Assembly (NCBI RefSeq): GCF_028641065.1
Contig: NC_073393.1
Span: 15,872,001-15,936,000 of the forward strand
Reading direction: 5' to 3'
Source: Leucoraja erinacea
Lineage: Eukaryota
DNA length: 64,000 bases
Under the pieces are notes generated by a model. That model was not told where the DNA came from and ran no database searches. It saw nothing but the letters and a program-made list of their open reading frames with translations. How positions within the stretch are numbered: the first letter of the stretch is position 1; each line of letters starts with the position of its first letter. The translations under genes were made by a program, and so were the position numbers. Below, in pieces: positions 14,050 to 26,519 of this stretch.

Positions 14050-14700
14050 GGGGTTACTTGCAGTTGGAGAATTCAATATCCATACCTTGAGGTCTAAGCT
14101 GCCTAAGGGAATACGAGGTGCTGTTCTTCCAAAGTGCATGTGGCCTTACTTTGGCCACTTTTATATCAACGAGAACAAGTGTAGACAAGCAGATCTTCAC
14201 ACTGATCACTTGTGCTCTATTTGCTAAGGTCTGCTGGAACACCCCGGTAGCTAACCATGTGAACTCCCCTTCCCATACCGATCTTTCTGGCCTTGGCCTC
14301 ATACATTGCCAGAGTGAGGCCACACACAAACTGTAAGAACTGTAACTTGCCCCTTTCCTGCCCTTCACACACTCATTTCACATCCCCAAGTTCCATACAT
14401 TCCCTTCAACTTTGACTCTTTCCCTCCCACTGTCCCCTTCCATCCATATTCTGCCTTCCAGCCTTATATTTCACTCTTCTTCTTTCATTATCTGATACCC
14501 TCGTCTCTTTCACCGCTAGGAGTTATCACTTATTCCACTCAATATCCATCCACATGCCAGGCTTTCTCCCCCTACTCTAAATAGTCTGTAGAATCCAACC
14601 CAAAATATCATCTGCCCATTCCCACCTCAGATGCTGCGTGACCCGCACTTCTTCCAGCACTGTTTTTTTGCTGAAAATTCTAACATCTGCAGTTACTATT
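14050..14700. mobile_element. Penelope-like element fragment with an inverted junction
   Basis: PVANHVNSPSHTDLSGLGLIHCQSEATHKL on plus and LRPQGMDIEFSN on minus. Confidence 0.65.
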
Positions 14701-14739
14701 GTCTCCATTTTACCTCATTTTATCATAACCTTTTAAACT

Positions 14740-15260
14740 TTACACCTAATATGAGGAAGGGCATTCTTGTTATTGAGGGAGTGCAGCGTAGGTTTACAAG
14801 GTTAATTCCCGGGATGGCGGGACTGTCATATGCAGAGAGAATGGAGCGGCTGGGCTTGTACACTGGAGTTTAGAAGGACGAGAGGAAATCTCATTGAAAC
14901 ATATAAGATTGTTAAGGGCTTGGACACGCTAGAGGCAGGAAACATTTTCCCGATGTTGGCGGAGTCCAGAACCAGGGACCACAGTTTAAGAATAAGGAGC
15001 AAGCCACTTAGAACGGAGACGAAGAAACACTTTTTCCTCACGGAGAATGGCGAGTCTGTGGAATTCTCTGCATCGGAGGGCGGTGGAAGCAGGTTCTCTG
15101 GATGCTTTCAAGAGAGAGTTAGATAGGGCTCTTAAAAAAATAGCGGAGTCAGGGGATATGGGAGAAGGCAGAGTACTGATTGGGGATGATCAGCCATGAT
15201 CACATTGAATGGCGGTGCTGGCTCGAATGGCCAAATGGCCTACTCCTGCACCCATTGTCT
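14740..15260 (+). mobile_element. CR1-type LINE 3' end
   Basis: IEGVQRRFTRLIPGMAGLSYAERMERLGL, GNLIETYKIVKGLD, typical 3' UTR. Confidence 0.9.
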
Positions 15261-16338
15261 ATCGACCATCCAAAAACATTAACCACACCACATCTTTTCA
15301 AACAACTTCATCTCAATGCAAAACTTAAATCTAGGAACAAGAGTAACGCAAAACCCTCAAGCCTGCACCATTCAAACCCTCACTTCCACTTTATAGCCGA
15401 AGAATTGTATCCTTCAATTCCCCGTGCATCGAATGTTCTTTCATCTCAGCCTTAAATATTTGTTAAGCATCCACAGATTTAACAAGCAATTCAATTATCA
15501 CCATTGAAAAATCTATTATTAATTGATACATAGGTCTCCATCTCTTTCAATTTCCTGGAATAGCATGACAACGCATGCAAACTATGTTGGAAGATCACAA
15601 ATAATACTTTCAGAAGCTGTCGCCATATGTTTTAAGAACTCTAAAGATAATATCAAGTTGGAGGGATCAATCACTTGCAATACCTTAACGTTTGGTACCT
15701 TGTCGTTGCTCCATTACAGACTTTATTCCCATTTTCTAAAATGTTGTTGAGACAAAAAAAAATGTTGGTGTACTTCCTCATTCTGAAATCTAATTTCTTC
15801 TGAATCCAATGGGACCTAGATTACATTTCCTCTGAGAAATAAGACACATTCCTTTCTTGCCCAATTTTATTTCTCACATTTTCTCTGGCAATTACTGACA
15901 TCTCTTTGTTTGTTACTAAAATTCTATCAGCCCCCAGACATCCGGCAACATTATAAACCTCTTAATCCAACTCTATACTTTCTCTCTAGGCCAAATTATT
16001 TCTCCCAAAGAAGTGTTATAATTTTCAATAAACATACATTATACTGAAATATTTATTTAAATATTTGTCTTTCGAGCATGTTTTTTAAACCAATTTCCCA
16101 ATCTAGCTAAAGTAACTGTATACATTTAATTGACAATCTAGTACAGGTACATTCAATGGAAATTTATCTTATCATGACAGCACTTGTCCAAATGGTTTCT
16201 TTTGTATGCTCTTACTATTTGTATTGTCTCATAAATTCACTTTTACATCTTGTACAATGAATATTTAAATTCATGGCTGTTCTTTATGAGAGCTCTTTGA
16301 TAGCTTATATACACAGATTTCTAGATAATCCATAAACT

Positions 16339-16402
16339 GTATAGAAGTGAGAAGGCTTTATCTTGCTTGTGTATAGAAGTGAGAAGGCTTTATCTTGCTT
16401 GT
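16339..16402. repeat. Perfect 32-bp tandem duplication
   Basis: GTATAGAAGTGAGAAGGCTTTATCTTGCTTGT x2. Confidence 0.9.
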
Positions 16403-17893
16403 GACATTTAGATTGCCATTATGTGGCTCCATTTTATTTTATTAATTGAGCATAACTATCAATCTTCTGTTTATTGTACAAAACGTCCAACAATCTCTAC
16501 CCCTTCTAACTCATCCCCAAAATATCATTTTGAAAGTAGTTAGCTTTACAAAATTACACAATGGGAAAAAGTTTGCATAAACATAAAAATAAACCTGGAG
16601 TAGGGGGAAGCATTAACATTTGCATGGGGGGGGGGGGGGGGGGGGGGGGGGGGGAGAAAGCATGGGAGGCTTCTGACCACTATTCAGCGACTCTATAACA
16701 AGTGTAAACATACATGGGTATGGATAAATGGCAAAAGCATTAACATTTGCATACAAACACACAGGTTAAGGCAAGAATAAAAAAGCAAATGAGACTTCTG
16801 ACCACATGAATCTCTACTGAGTGTTAATATACATGGGTATGGGTATATGACAGTTAAATCCAATTGTGATCCAAGTCCTTTGACTTGCTTTCCTTGCCTA
16901 GCTTTAGATAAACCGAGCACTTTGGACAAATATAATATTCACAAAATGGCAATATTTAAGTAGGATGGGAAAAATTTGAACCTTTTTTTGTGCTCAGATT
17001 TGGATACAGCTGTTGTAGAAACAGTCTGAAGACTTTAAATTCCACTAACTAAAACACTATAAATATTTGTTGGGCACCATCTTGCCTATGAAATGTGCAT
17101 CCAAGCTGAAATTGTTTCAAGTTCCGATTTCATCTTCAAAGTTCAAAAAGTTTGCAATTCATATTCATGTAGATTCATGAGTAGCTTAAAGGGAATTTCC
17201 TGTTGATTAACTCACTGCAGAACAACATTATGGCTATTATAAAATATCATGTTTTACCAAGTTTGCGATATTTTGAATTTAACAGAATAATTTCCAAAAT
17301 ATTTACAAGATGCTTTAAAACTTTGGACAAACATTTCAACTAAATACAATGACGAATAAAAGGTATTTCCTAACACATCACAACAAGAATCCAATGCCAG
17401 TGGCAAATAATCAGATTCACAACGTTTATTTGACTAATTTACAATGTTATTTTGTATGTTCTAAATATTTATCCCAAGTGAAACATATCTTTCAGTTCAG
17501 TAAATTGTTTGAAGATTTTGATGTAGATGTTTAAAAATACAAAGTATCCAATTTTAAAATAACGCAAAATAAAAGTTCTGCAGAATATTCGATTCCTTCC
17601 AACAGAGAAAATCACGGGAAATTAAGGAAATATTATCTGACCATCGGAGTTTTAGCGATAATTCAACTACATCCCATTATCACCAGAAAATTCACTCTTA
17701 TATTTTAAAAACGCTTTGGGGGACTTGCAATTTTACTTTCAACATTTCGCACATTTAGAAAAATCTGAAGCAAGTCAATGCCTTAACTATTTTGCCTCTT
17801 GAAAGTATGAAGCTTGGACAGAAAGTCCTCTCGATTTTTAGATTTCCGGCGACAGGAAGGGGGCGGGGTGAAGGGAGAAACCCAAACACTCAC

Positions 17894-18286
17894 CCAAATA
17901 CACCAGCCGTCTGATACCAGGTACCAGGCTATTTCCAGGGCGAATCCGTGGCCTTGAGCCCACTCCGGTCTGCCCGAGAGTCCCAAATCGGGCTCACCAT
18001 GGTCAACGTAGATCCCTGCGCCGGGGTGGACGCGCTGCTCGCGGTCTGCTCCGGTATCCCCGTCGCTGTTGGCTTCGGCGGCCGGTAGATCGCCGCTTAT
18101 GGCGTCAATAGGGGTGGGAGTGCCGAGGTTGGGATGGTAACGAGGGACAGAGATCGGAGCTTGGCCCGGGGGCAGGCTGAGGTGAGAGTAGGCGCTGAAG
18201 AGGCTGGCGGCGAGCAGTACCGCGCTGAGGGCTGTGTACAACCTCAGACTGGGCCAAGGGAAGCGTTCGAGGAAAAGCAGCGGCAT
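17894..18286 (-). CDS. AMFR: AMFR coding exon 1
   Basis: Starts MPLLFLERFPWPSLRLYTALS (AMFR N-terminus), ends YLVSDGWCIW followed by GTGAGT donor; 393 nt; lies in a CpG island. Confidence 0.96.
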
Positions 18287-18560
18287 GATCGGGCGGAGGC
18301 TCGACTTGCGGGTGAGGGTGAGGGTGAGAGCGGCGCTGCCGTTAGCCAGTGACGAAGCGCGGGCGCGAACCGCTGTCTCCCCTGCTCCTCCCGAGTTTGT
18401 GGCGAGTAGCAGTGGGCGACGTCGCCAACAAGCGGGGCGGCTGGTGATCTGTTGAAAGCACCCGGAAATGAAATGTGTGAGACGTCAGCACAGTTCAGGG
18501 AACATCCTGAAAGGGGTGAGGTCACGTTGCCATGGTTATAATCTCCGGGGTCACTGCAGC
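18287..18560 (-). promoter_or_regulatory. AMFR 5'UTR / CpG-island promoter
   Basis: GC/CpG-rich; GC box GGGGCGG (~18434), ETS-like CCGGAAAT (~18462), CRE-like GACGTCA (~18481), X-box-like GTTGCCATGGTTAT (18526-18539). TSS not determinable. Confidence 0.65.
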
Positions 18561-18933
18561 AGTCGCGACATTATTCTCATCTGCGGTCAATGTAATTGTA
18601 ATCATGTGATAATCTTGCTATAAATCGCCGTGGAAAATTGAAGAAATTATATCTTTCATGTCTAGTTTTCACACCTTACATTTAGGGGTGGGAGTTTATC
18701 TCTGTGTCTCCCTCTCCCCTGACTCAGTTTGAAGACAGATCTCAAGCTGAAATGTCACCCATTCCTTCCATCCAGAGATGCTGCGTGTCCCGCTGAGCTA
18801 CTCCAGCATTTTGTTGTCTGGTACGTTAGGAACACTTGGCGCTGGAATAATTCGGCGGGTTAGATGACATCCCTAAAGTACATATTATGACGTTGTAGAA
18901 ATAACGACAAGTAGTTTAACTTCATAAGTTTAT

Positions 18934-19763
18934 AGGGTGATTTCACGAAAGGTCACTGGAACGTAGATCCGCACCAACGTGACCGAAAATCTCAACTGGA
19001 GTACATGTTGTACATCGGTGCATGTTAGTGATTGGGAAAACACGCACTTTCCCACCCGTTAAAAACATCGAAATGTCAATGTCCACAACAAGGCAGGATG
19101 GAAACTCAGGACTATGCCTTAGCTTATGGAAGGACCATTCAGAAGCATAATAACGGGGGAAGAAGCTGTTGCTGAGTCTGGTTGTGTGTGCTTTCAAGCT
19201 TCTATTTCTTCTGCCCTACGAGGACAGTGGGAAGCAGAAATGACCGGGGTAGGAATGGTCCTTGATTATGTTGGCTGCTTTCCCAAAGCAGCGTGATATG
19301 TAAATGGTGTCAATGTATGCGAGTCTGGTCTGTGTGGTGGACTGAGCTGCATCCACAACTCTCTGCAATATCATGCAATCTTGGGCAGGCATTATTAACT
19401 TACTTTTGATGAAATTCAGCGAGCAAACGCGATAATTCCCGATATTTTGGATCTTTAAATCTCCACGGCAAATGTCTGCTAAGCACTTCCGCTGTTTTTC
19501 CACCTTCAGTTCCCTCTTGTAATTACCTTACTTTCTATCTTTATTTTTGCCTGAAAATTTAGGTCGCTGTGCTTCACGGTCACCCCGACTAGCACAGAAA
19601 ATATCAGCTCAAATATCGGCCGTTTTCCATGTTTTTAACGGGTGGGAAAGTGCGTGTTTTCCCATTCACTAACATGTACCGATGTATAACATGTACTCCA
19701 GTTGAAATTTTCGGTCACGTGGGTGCAGATCTACGCTCCAGTGACCTTTCGTGAAATCACCCT
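18934..19763. mobile_element. Non-autonomous DNA transposon with ~140-bp TIRs carrying an internal Rex1-type LINE fragment
   Basis: 18934-19073 is an inverted repeat of ~19624-19763 (AGGGTGATTTCACGAAAGGTCAC...); flanked by AT on both sides. Confidence 0.85.
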
Positions 19764-20077
19764 ATTGACCACGAAGCAACCAAACTATTGACAAAGCCCC
19801 TGCATTCCGTTCAGTACTCCCTGTCTGAACTGCTCCTGGATGGCACGCATGCGTTAAATAACATACTTTGGCGGTATGACAAGAACGACAACTGAATTTT
19901 TTAAATAATTTTTATTCGGAAATTCACTCTTCAGTTTACAGGCTTTCTTGTCACGTCTGGCTACAATGGTGGTCAGTGCTGACCTGCCGCGCGAAAACAA
20001 AACCGCGCAAAATCAAGCAGCCCCTCCCGAGTCACGTGACCGCGGCTTCCAAACCTGTTCGATACCCGCAGGCGCCG

Positions 20078-22255
20078 CTACATGCCCCCTATAACATGCG
20101 CTGGCTTAAGGTGGCTCACAGAGACGAACTCCTTGCCACCCATGTCCAACGTAAACGTCGAGGCACCAGTCCTCAGCACCCTGTACGGACCCTCGTACAC
20201 CCGCTGTAACGGCGAGCGGTGAGCATCCCTACAAAGGAAAACATAAGCACAATCCCGTAACATAGTAGGTACATGCACCGCAGCCGAACCATGCCGGGAA
20301 GTGGGAACCGGGACCAAAGCGTGCGCCCGCTCGCGAAGGTCAGCTAACACCGCCAAAGCCGGGATTTCCTGATCCCGGGAGACGGGCAGGAAATCCCCAG
20401 GTACTCGCAAAACCGAGCTGTAAACCAACTCGGCAGAGGAGCTGTTGAGGTCCTCCTTAGGAGTGGTTCTGATGCCTAGGAGGACCCAAGCAACTGGTCG
20501 ACCCAATTGGGGCCAGTGAGCCAAGCTTTCAACGCTGACTTGAGCCTGTAGAAACGCTCAACCAAACCGTTGGACTCTGGGTGATACGCGGTGGTCTGGT
20601 GCAGCTTCGCGCCATACAGCTGCACCATACCACTCCACAGGGATGACGTGGCCCCATGATCAGTAGTGATATCAGAGGGAACCGCTAGAATACTCTCTAG
20701 AATTTAGGAGATTGAGAGGGGATCTTATAGAAACTTACAAAATTCTTAAGGGGTTGGACAGGCTAGATGCAGGAAGATTGTTCCCGATGTTAGGGATGTC
20801 CAGGACAAGGGGTCACAGCTTAAGGATAAGGGGGAAATCCTTTAAAACCGAGATGAGAAGAACTTTTTTCACACAGAGAGTGGTGAATCTCTGGAACTCT
20901 CTGCCACAGAGGGTAGTTGAGGCCAGTTCATTGGCTATATTTAAGAGGGAGTTAGATGTGGCCCTTGGGGCTAAGGGGATCAGGGGGTATGGAGAGAAGG
21001 CAGGTACGGGATACTGAATTGGATGATCAGCCATGATCATATTGAATGGCGGTGCAGGCTCGAAGGGCCGAATGGCCTACTCCTGCACCTAATTTCTATG
21101 TTTCTATGTTTCTAACCCCGAAACGAGCAATCCAATTCGAGACGATGGCCCTCGCGCAAGCCTCAGCGGAGGTATCCGCTAACGGTATCGCCTCCGCCCA
21201 CCTGGTAAACCTGTCCACGATAGTCAGTTGGTGAGTAGCCCTGCGCGAACACGGCAAGGGACCCACCAGGTCAACATGGATGTGCAGGAACCTGCTGTTC
21301 GGGACAGCGAAATCCTGCACATGTCTCTGCACCTTGGAATTCTGGCACGGGATGCAGGAACGGGCCCATGCTGCGACCTGCTTTCTCAACCCATGCCAGA
21401 CGATCTTGGCCGCGACCAAGGCAGAGGTGGTGCAAATGGACGGGTGCATTAGGCTGTGGATAGTCGAAAATCATACGCCTCCAAGCAACCGGGACAATGG
21501 GACGGGCTTTGCCCGTGGAGATATCGCAAAGGACTCGCACGCCGGCGGCGCTGCAGGGCACCTTAGCCAGCTTGAGATCTGATTCAGCATTGCTGTAAAC
21601 CTCCATGCCGGCATCTGTCTGTTGGGCAGCGGCCAGCTCCGCATAATCCACGCCTAAACTTAACGCTGAAACTGCGGGCGGTGCTGGGCGGGACAGCGCG
21701 TCAGCCACAACGTTCAGCTTCCCTGCCACATGCCGAATATCAGATGTGAATGCGGTAATGTAGGCGAGGTGCCGCTGCTGTCTGGCAGACCAGGGATCGG
21801 ATACCTTGGTCTACACAACCGTGAGTGGCTTGTGGTCCGTGAATGCGATGAATGCAAGCCCCTCCAGGAAATAACGCAGATCGCTAGGTAGAGCGCAATA
21901 TGTTTCCGGTCGAAAGCGCTATACTTAATTTCGGGGACTCACAGCTGCCTGCTGAAAAATGCCAGCAGCACCCAGCGACTACATGCTCATTGCTCGAGGA
22001 CGGCGCATACCGCGACGTCGGAAGCGTCCACGGTGAGGGCCGTTTGGGCGTTCCAGCATAGTGGCGTTGGCCAATGCAGTCTTAGCCCCCTCGAATGCCG
22101 TCTCTGCCTCCTTGGACCAGACCTGGCATACCGGCCAGGCATTGGAACAACGGCCGCAAGATGGTGGCTGCTGACGGGACGAATTGGTGGTAGATATTAA
22201 CCATCCCGATAAACTCCAGCAGGCCCTTGACAGATAGGGGCCTCGGGAAGCGATG
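20078..22255 (-). mobile_element. Gypsy LTR-retrotransposon pol remnant (RT end, RNase H, integrase), frameshifted
   Basis: [65 protein letters not shown]. Confidence 0.92.
20684..21113 (+). mobile_element. Young CR1 LINE 3' end inserted into the Gypsy integrase
   Basis: Intact RGDLIETYKILKGLDRLD...GYGEKAGTGY*, (TTTCTATG)n tail, AACC duplicated at both junctions. Confidence 0.92.
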
Positions 22256-22259
22256 GGTA

Positions 22260-24650
22260 GCATGATAATCAGGTTGAGAGGTATAACGGAATCATTTGGA
22301 AAGCAGTGAAGCTGGCTTTAAAGTCAAATGACATATCAGATCAGCAGTGGGAATGTGTTCTACCAGATGCATTGCACTCTGTAGATTGGTTATTGCATGT
22401 GAACCAATCATAGTAGAAATAACATCACTAACTCCACCTTACTGTATGATTCATACTAACACCCACTTCCTATACTGGTCAGTCTTGGAAGCAGTAACGA
22501 TGAACTAACAACTAACAACCTGCTGTACCGCTACATTATGGGTACTGATTAAAGATGATCTTGAACACCAGATTGTAAAGTCTGCTTATTTACATGGTGT
22601 CAGAAGTGAGATCCAGTTCTTACCAGAATCTCAAGACCAGCTCGACTCTGTCCACGAGGACAAAACCAAACAATTCCTGAATCCAGCGAACGACACCCCT
22701 ATGAATGGGACGAGATTACGATTCTCAGCATTGACTTAATTCCCAGGGAATGATTGTGCCGTCTAGCCGAACATACAGCCGCTGACGTCACTCTCCAGCG
22801 ACTCTCATCCATAATTAAAAGGGGCTAGCCAGACAGGCAATCCTGCACACCACTGGAGGTGCAGCCGTTCTTCTTAGTCCGTGATGAACTGGTAATACAG
22901 GACGGTGTCGTAGTTAAGGGCCACAAAGTCGTGATCCCTTCATCCTTACGTGACGGATACTACAAAGAGTCACACAGCTGCCACCCAGGCACCGATGCCA
23001 CGCTGGCCCACGCAAAGAATATGTTTTACTGGCCTGCAATGGCCAAGTACATACGGGACAGGACAGCCTCCTGCTCCATCTGCAACAGCCTGGTGCCACA
23101 CCAACAGAGACAGCGCCTGCTACCTCCACCAGCACTGCCCTGGACAACGCTGGCACGATAAATATTATCTAGTCCTGGTCGAATCCTACTCTAACTGGTT
23201 CGAACTTGATTTACTGCCCGCTATCACATCAGAAATGGTAATTCAAAAGCTAGAGACACTGCTCCACATTTGGCGCACCTGTCCGCTTGCAAACCGACAA
23301 CGGAAGACAATTTACCAGCTATGCGTTCAAATACTTTGCCAACCGATGGAATTTACACCATGTCATGAGCAGCCCCGAGTATCCACAATGTAACGGGCTC
23401 GCTGAACGAGCCGTCAGAAGCGCGAAACAGCTAATGGAACGTGCCCACCTAGCCAAGTCGGATGTGTACCTCGACCTTTTAAACCTCAGAAACATCGCTC
23501 GAGACGGGGTCCTAGGCTCACCAACCCAACGCCTGACGTCCAGAACAACGAGACCACCGATACCAATCGCTCAGCAGAAGCTGGTACTACAGGTGCTGAA
23601 GCCAGCCACGATCCAGAAGCGCATCCAGGAGAAACACAACATCCAGAAACGATCACGTGACAAGTCCAACAAACCACTTAAACCACTACTGCCGGGCCAA
23701 GTCGTCCGTTTGCAAACTACTATGGGACATTCCCGTCTAGGTTGCGTTGTTGGCCCGTCAAAAGTACCCCGATCCTACCCTGTTGACATCGATGGTGCCT
23801 TGTACCGTCGCCGCCGCCAACACTTGCTGGTTGTGAAGGAACCACGTCCCCACCAGCCGATCCTTTTGCTCCACCTCTACTGTTCCAGCCATCTGCTGCC
23901 GTGGCCACCACTAGTTCTAGCATGTCCCTCACTCCACCACGTCCGGTGGCTATGACTAACAACAACACTACCTCTCCCGCATGCTCTCCCTGTTGGTCAC
24001 CACGAGTGTCCCCTGCACCTTTCTCACTTCCGGGTTCACCGCCTCCCTCTAATTTCTCTGGCGAAGAGGGAGAGGGGTTGGTCCGTGCGCGTTCGGGCCG
24101 TATTAGTAGAGTATGTTTGAATTCTAGCTGCATGTGTGTTTAACTATATTCGCTCCTTACGGGGAAGGATGTAGATTGGTTATTGCATGTGAACCAATCA
24201 TAGTAGAAATAGCATCACTAACCCCACCTTACTGTATGATTCATACTAACACCCACTTCCTATACTGGTCAGTCTTGGAAGCGGTAACGATGAACTAACA
24301 ACTAATAACCTACTGTACCGCTACATTATGGGTACTGATTAAAGATGATCTTGAACACCATATTGTACAGTCTGCTTATTTACACATTCCATCAGATCTC
24401 TACTGTCAACTGCTACCAATACTACTCAACACGAGCGGTTCTTTAACTTGAAACACCGTTCTTCGAGTGGTACTTCTCTGCCATCATGGTTGACCAGCAC
24501 TGGGCCTGTTGCTTCGTCGATACGTCCGATCAAATAAGAATGAGCCTTTTGTTGATGAAGTTGAACTGACTGATGTCAACCCTTCTTATGCAACTATCAA
24601 GTATCAGGATGGACATCAGTCAACTGTCTCACTTCGTGACCTTACACGAT
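22260..24650 (+). mobile_element. Second Gypsy integrase remnant, split by the LTR element at 22380-24384
   Basis: QVERYNGIIWKAVKLAL...VLPDALHS (to 22379) resumes as HSIRSLLSTATNTT...TVSLRDL (from 24385). Confidence 0.85.
22380..24384 (+). mobile_element. Internally deleted Gypsy (Mag-like) LTR retrotransposon, 2005 bp
   Basis: 215-bp TG..CA LTRs at 22380-22594 and 24170-24384; PBS TGGTGTCAGAAGTG (tRNA-Leu); PPT GGGGAAGGA; TSD CACTC/CATTC; integrase zinc-finger and core motifs (TDNGRQF, YPQCNGLAERAV). Confidence 0.95.
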
Positions 24651-24829
24651 GTGCGTCTTCTCCATCAGCTCCATCACTCCTTGATAATATAAATCGAGAA
24701 CTTCCTTCAACACTCCCATCATCCCCTAGTAAATTACAAGCAGCGTAAAATTTTAATTAACCTCACAACATATATATCCATATATTTACATGTGTATATT
24801 TAAAAATATAATTGCCTTCATGGTTTATG

Positions 24830-25370
24830 TACATCCCAGATAGTACAATGAAATTCTTACTTTGCTTCAGCACAACAGAATATAGTAGGCATGAATACAG
24901 AACAGATCAGTGGGTCCATATACCATTATATAAATATATACACACATGAATAAACAGATAAGGTGCAAATAAACAGATAATGGTCTATTAATGTTCAGAG
25001 TTTTGTTTCATTTGAGTTTAATAGCCTGATGGCTGTGGGGAAGCAGCTATTCCTGAACCTGGACGTTGCAGTCTTCAGGCTCCTGTACCTTCTACCTGAA
25101 GGTAGCGTGTGGCCAGGATGGTGTGGTGCCAGCCTTTTTGAGGCAGCAATAGATCTCCTCGATGGTAGGGAGGTCAGAGCCGATGATGGACTGGGCAGTG
25201 TTTACTACTTTTTGTAGTCTTTAGCGCGCCTGGGCGCTCAAGGTGCCGAACCAAGCCTACTCTCTACTGTGCACCTGTAGAAGTTAGAGAGAGTCCTCCT
25301 TGACATACCAACTCTCCGTAATCTCAGGAAGTAGAGGCGATGATGTGCTTTCTTTATAATTGCATCAGTG
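24830..25370 (-). mobile_element. Rex1/Babar-type LINE 3' fragment
   Basis: Similar to the 3' region of the element at 5050-6017. Confidence 0.65.
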
Positions 25371-25697
25371 TAATCAAAGTTGCTTCTGATCCATGAGAAG
25401 GAACTTTATCTATTTATCTCTAACTTGCCTCTCACACACACAAACACACATTCATATATATAAATATATATATTTACATCTATGTTAAATTTAATTTTGT
25501 GCACAGTGTGTGTTAAAACAATACAAGGGGAACTGCACAATACAATGCAAGGGAAACTGCACAAAGGAGGGGGCTGGGGAGGAAGGATGGGAGGGAAATA
25601 GGCAGAAACAGGGGGGAAACATTTACAATAAAATTAATTAAAATATGTGAAGTAATAAATGAGCTATATCACACTGTTCCCCTACAACACTGATTAC

Positions 25698-25853
25698 ACC
25701 AAAGATGATGGAGCGGATTACACTGCGAGAGGCACAACGGAAGTCACGTTTTGCATTGAAAGATGGCGGCCGTGACGCTCCGTTACGTACAACGCCTCAG
25801 TGCGTTGGATTACGTAGGAGTGGAGTATCTTGCACCGCTCTATCATCTTTGGT
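25698..25853. mobile_element. MITE with 19-bp TIRs
   Basis: ACCAAAGATGATGGAGCGG ... CCGCTCTATCATCTTTGGT (1 mismatch). Confidence 0.8.
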
Positions 25854-25855
25854 TC

Positions 25856-26519
25856 TTACCTCGGCAATTTTCCAAATAGATTTATGTACTTAACAGCTTG
25901 CTCAGAGCTGCGTGCAGTTCTGGAGCACGTCTTCAGCCACACCACTGGGATATTCTCGATCCCTAGATCCTATACCGAATACACCTCAGTCTGAAGAAGG
26001 GTTTCGGCCCGAAACGTTGCCTATTTCCTTCGCTCCATAGATGCTGCTGCACCCGCTGAGTTTCTCCAGCTTTTTTTGTGTAACACACGTTATCCAGTCT
26101 TGGCATCATATGCTGTGAAACAAATTCACTGAAAACTGCCCTTTCTGATGGTGGAGACCTCAATAATAGGAAATGGTGATCCACTTGACATTTCTGTCTG
26201 AAAAAGGTTGCATAGGCTCCCCCTCTATAAGAAGTCAAAAGCAAAATACTGCATATGCTGGGATTGTGAAATAAAATATAATTATATACCGGAAACGCTG
26301 AACAGTTCAGACAACTGCTGATATCTGAAGAAAAAGAAAGATAACTGCTTCTCTCTCACAGGCGCTGACCTTTCGAGTATTTCCAGATTTTAATTCTCAC
26401 TTCAAAGAACTGTCTTTCTGCTTTATATTGTTTTTATTTGCAGCTGATGTAAAAGCTCCCTCTGCTGGTCTCGACAATTGCCCGCACTCCAGCAGCAGCA
26501 GCAGCAGCAGCCCCCACAT
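25856..26519 (-). CDS. Candidate 3-exon small secreted protein (26401-26519, 26089-26197, 25856-25969; 113 aa), unidentified
   Basis: GCCGCCATG Kozak, signal-peptide-like MWGLLLLLLLECGQLSRPAEG, phase-compatible GT/AG junctions, open frame throughout; no homology recognised. Confidence 0.35.
25986..26082 (+). mobile_element. Penelope-like pLTR fragment with hammerhead-like core
   Basis: CTGAAGAAGGGTTTCGGCCCGAAACGTT. Confidence 0.7.
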
